Below are positions 62,900 to 64,000 of a stretch of 64,000 nt of DNA, one piece after another. A model generated the notes under the pieces. That model saw only the letters and a program-made list of their open reading frames with translations, was not told the origin of the DNA and did not search any database. The position numbers and the translations under genes are program-made. The DNA comes from Azolla caroliniana (taxonomy: Eukaryota; Plantae; Polypodiophyta), in the NCBI GenBank assembly GCA_043228905.1, contig JBHGNT010000015.1:14570001-14634000 (forward strand). Direction: 5' to 3'. How positions within the stretch are numbered: position 1 is the stretch's first letter; each line of letters starts with the position of its first letter.

Positions 62900-64000
62900 C
62901 CTACCTAGTGTCTTTATATCCGAGATATCTAATAGTTGGGAGGGAGTTGGGAGAGGGTGGTAGGGGGTCGTAGTATGTCTTGGTATTTTCCCTTATCTCA
63001 ACGTAAGCCGGATACTTGCATGTAAAGTGGGATTCATCCTCTATTTCTATGTGACATAATCTACATATTCGTTGTTAATGATGAAAATCCATTGGACGAA
63101 ATAAATAAGGAAGATATATTTGCTTAACTCAATTGGTGAAAGCATGTGTTATCCATGAGAGGGCAAAGGTTTGAATCTTACTTGGACAATAGAATATTAA
63201 GTGGATAAATGAATGTGATTGTAGACATTATGATTACCTTTTTGCTAGCATTAGGCGTTAAGAGGAAAAAGTAGTGCATGCAAGTGAAAAATAAAAAAGC
63301 ACGGCGAGTGCTAAAATAAAATAAATACCAAGAGGGAAAAGAATGGTGGGTGCTAAAATAAATAAATAAACACCCACTAATTTTGTTCATGAGAGAACCT
63401 CTTGAACACTATAAAAAGGGGATGAGAGCTCATTGGTGGGAGACGTGGAAGCACTAATGAGTTCTGAATAGAGAGCTAGGGTTGCGAATCAAGAAGGTGT
63501 ACAAGACCAACTTCAACCAGAGGTGACGTGACCGTCGTTTGTTGGGATGTTGCACCAAGGATCTCCCCTTTAAAGCTCTACTCGTGAACTTATCTTCTCC
63601 GATTTTCTTTTTCTTTTCTTTTTCTTCTTCTTCTCCTCAACATACTTGAGATCTTAGGATTTTATCTTCTTCTTCATAAATTTTAGGGTTTTTTGTTTTT
63701 CTTTTATTTTTGAAAATTTACCACAGTTGTAATGATTTACCCCAAAATCTTGTAAACCTTATTTTATAAAGGGAATTTCTTTCTTTATCCAACGTTTTCA
63801 GCCTAAAAAGTGGCCAAGCTAGACTTAATATTATGTCCATTCGTAATATTATGTTCTTTGGGTTAATCACATGTTTTGTTCTTAACCTCGCGCTTTAATC
63901 ATTATTGTTTCCTTATCTTCGTACCTTTGACTCTGCGTTACTATTGACTTCGTCTTACCTTCGACTTTGTCTTTGATGAAGTACCAGGAGCCTCCTAGAG
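62900..64000 (+). mobile_element. Possible LTR-like repeat (unclassified)
   Basis: CTATAAAAAGGG TATA followed by GA-rich then pyrimidine-rich sequence, plus duplicated GTGCTAAAATAAA..AAATA. No termini or ORFs identified. Confidence 0.25.

Overview
Eukaryotic land-plant nuclear DNA. The intron style, the TE content and the gene families suggest a fern or lycophyte, but that is inference only. About 60% is transposon-derived. There are at least six Ty1/Copia insertions: one fully intact with TSD and an open 1338-aa polyprotein, one young internally deleted copy nested in an older one, and two decayed copies plus an LTR fragment of one Ale/Retrofit-like family. There are also L1 and non-L1 LINE remnants, Gypsy fragments and many local tandem duplications. 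Four host genes can be built from the sequence: an intronless F-box gene (-), a 4-exon PP2C (+), an intronless group-I/DREB-A6 AP2/ERF (+), and an 8-exon plastid-type ycf52/NSI/SNAT-like GNAT acetyltransferase (-) that the ORF track does not show and that needs a GC-AG intron. I see no unambiguous new 'system'. The best leads are the divergent GNAT, the RT-deleted young Copia, a solo LTR carrying heat-shock elements, a conserved LTR palindrome, structured 5' leaders (an exact telomeric G4, twin hairpins, a microsatellite uORF), and an ~420-bp LTR fold-back.
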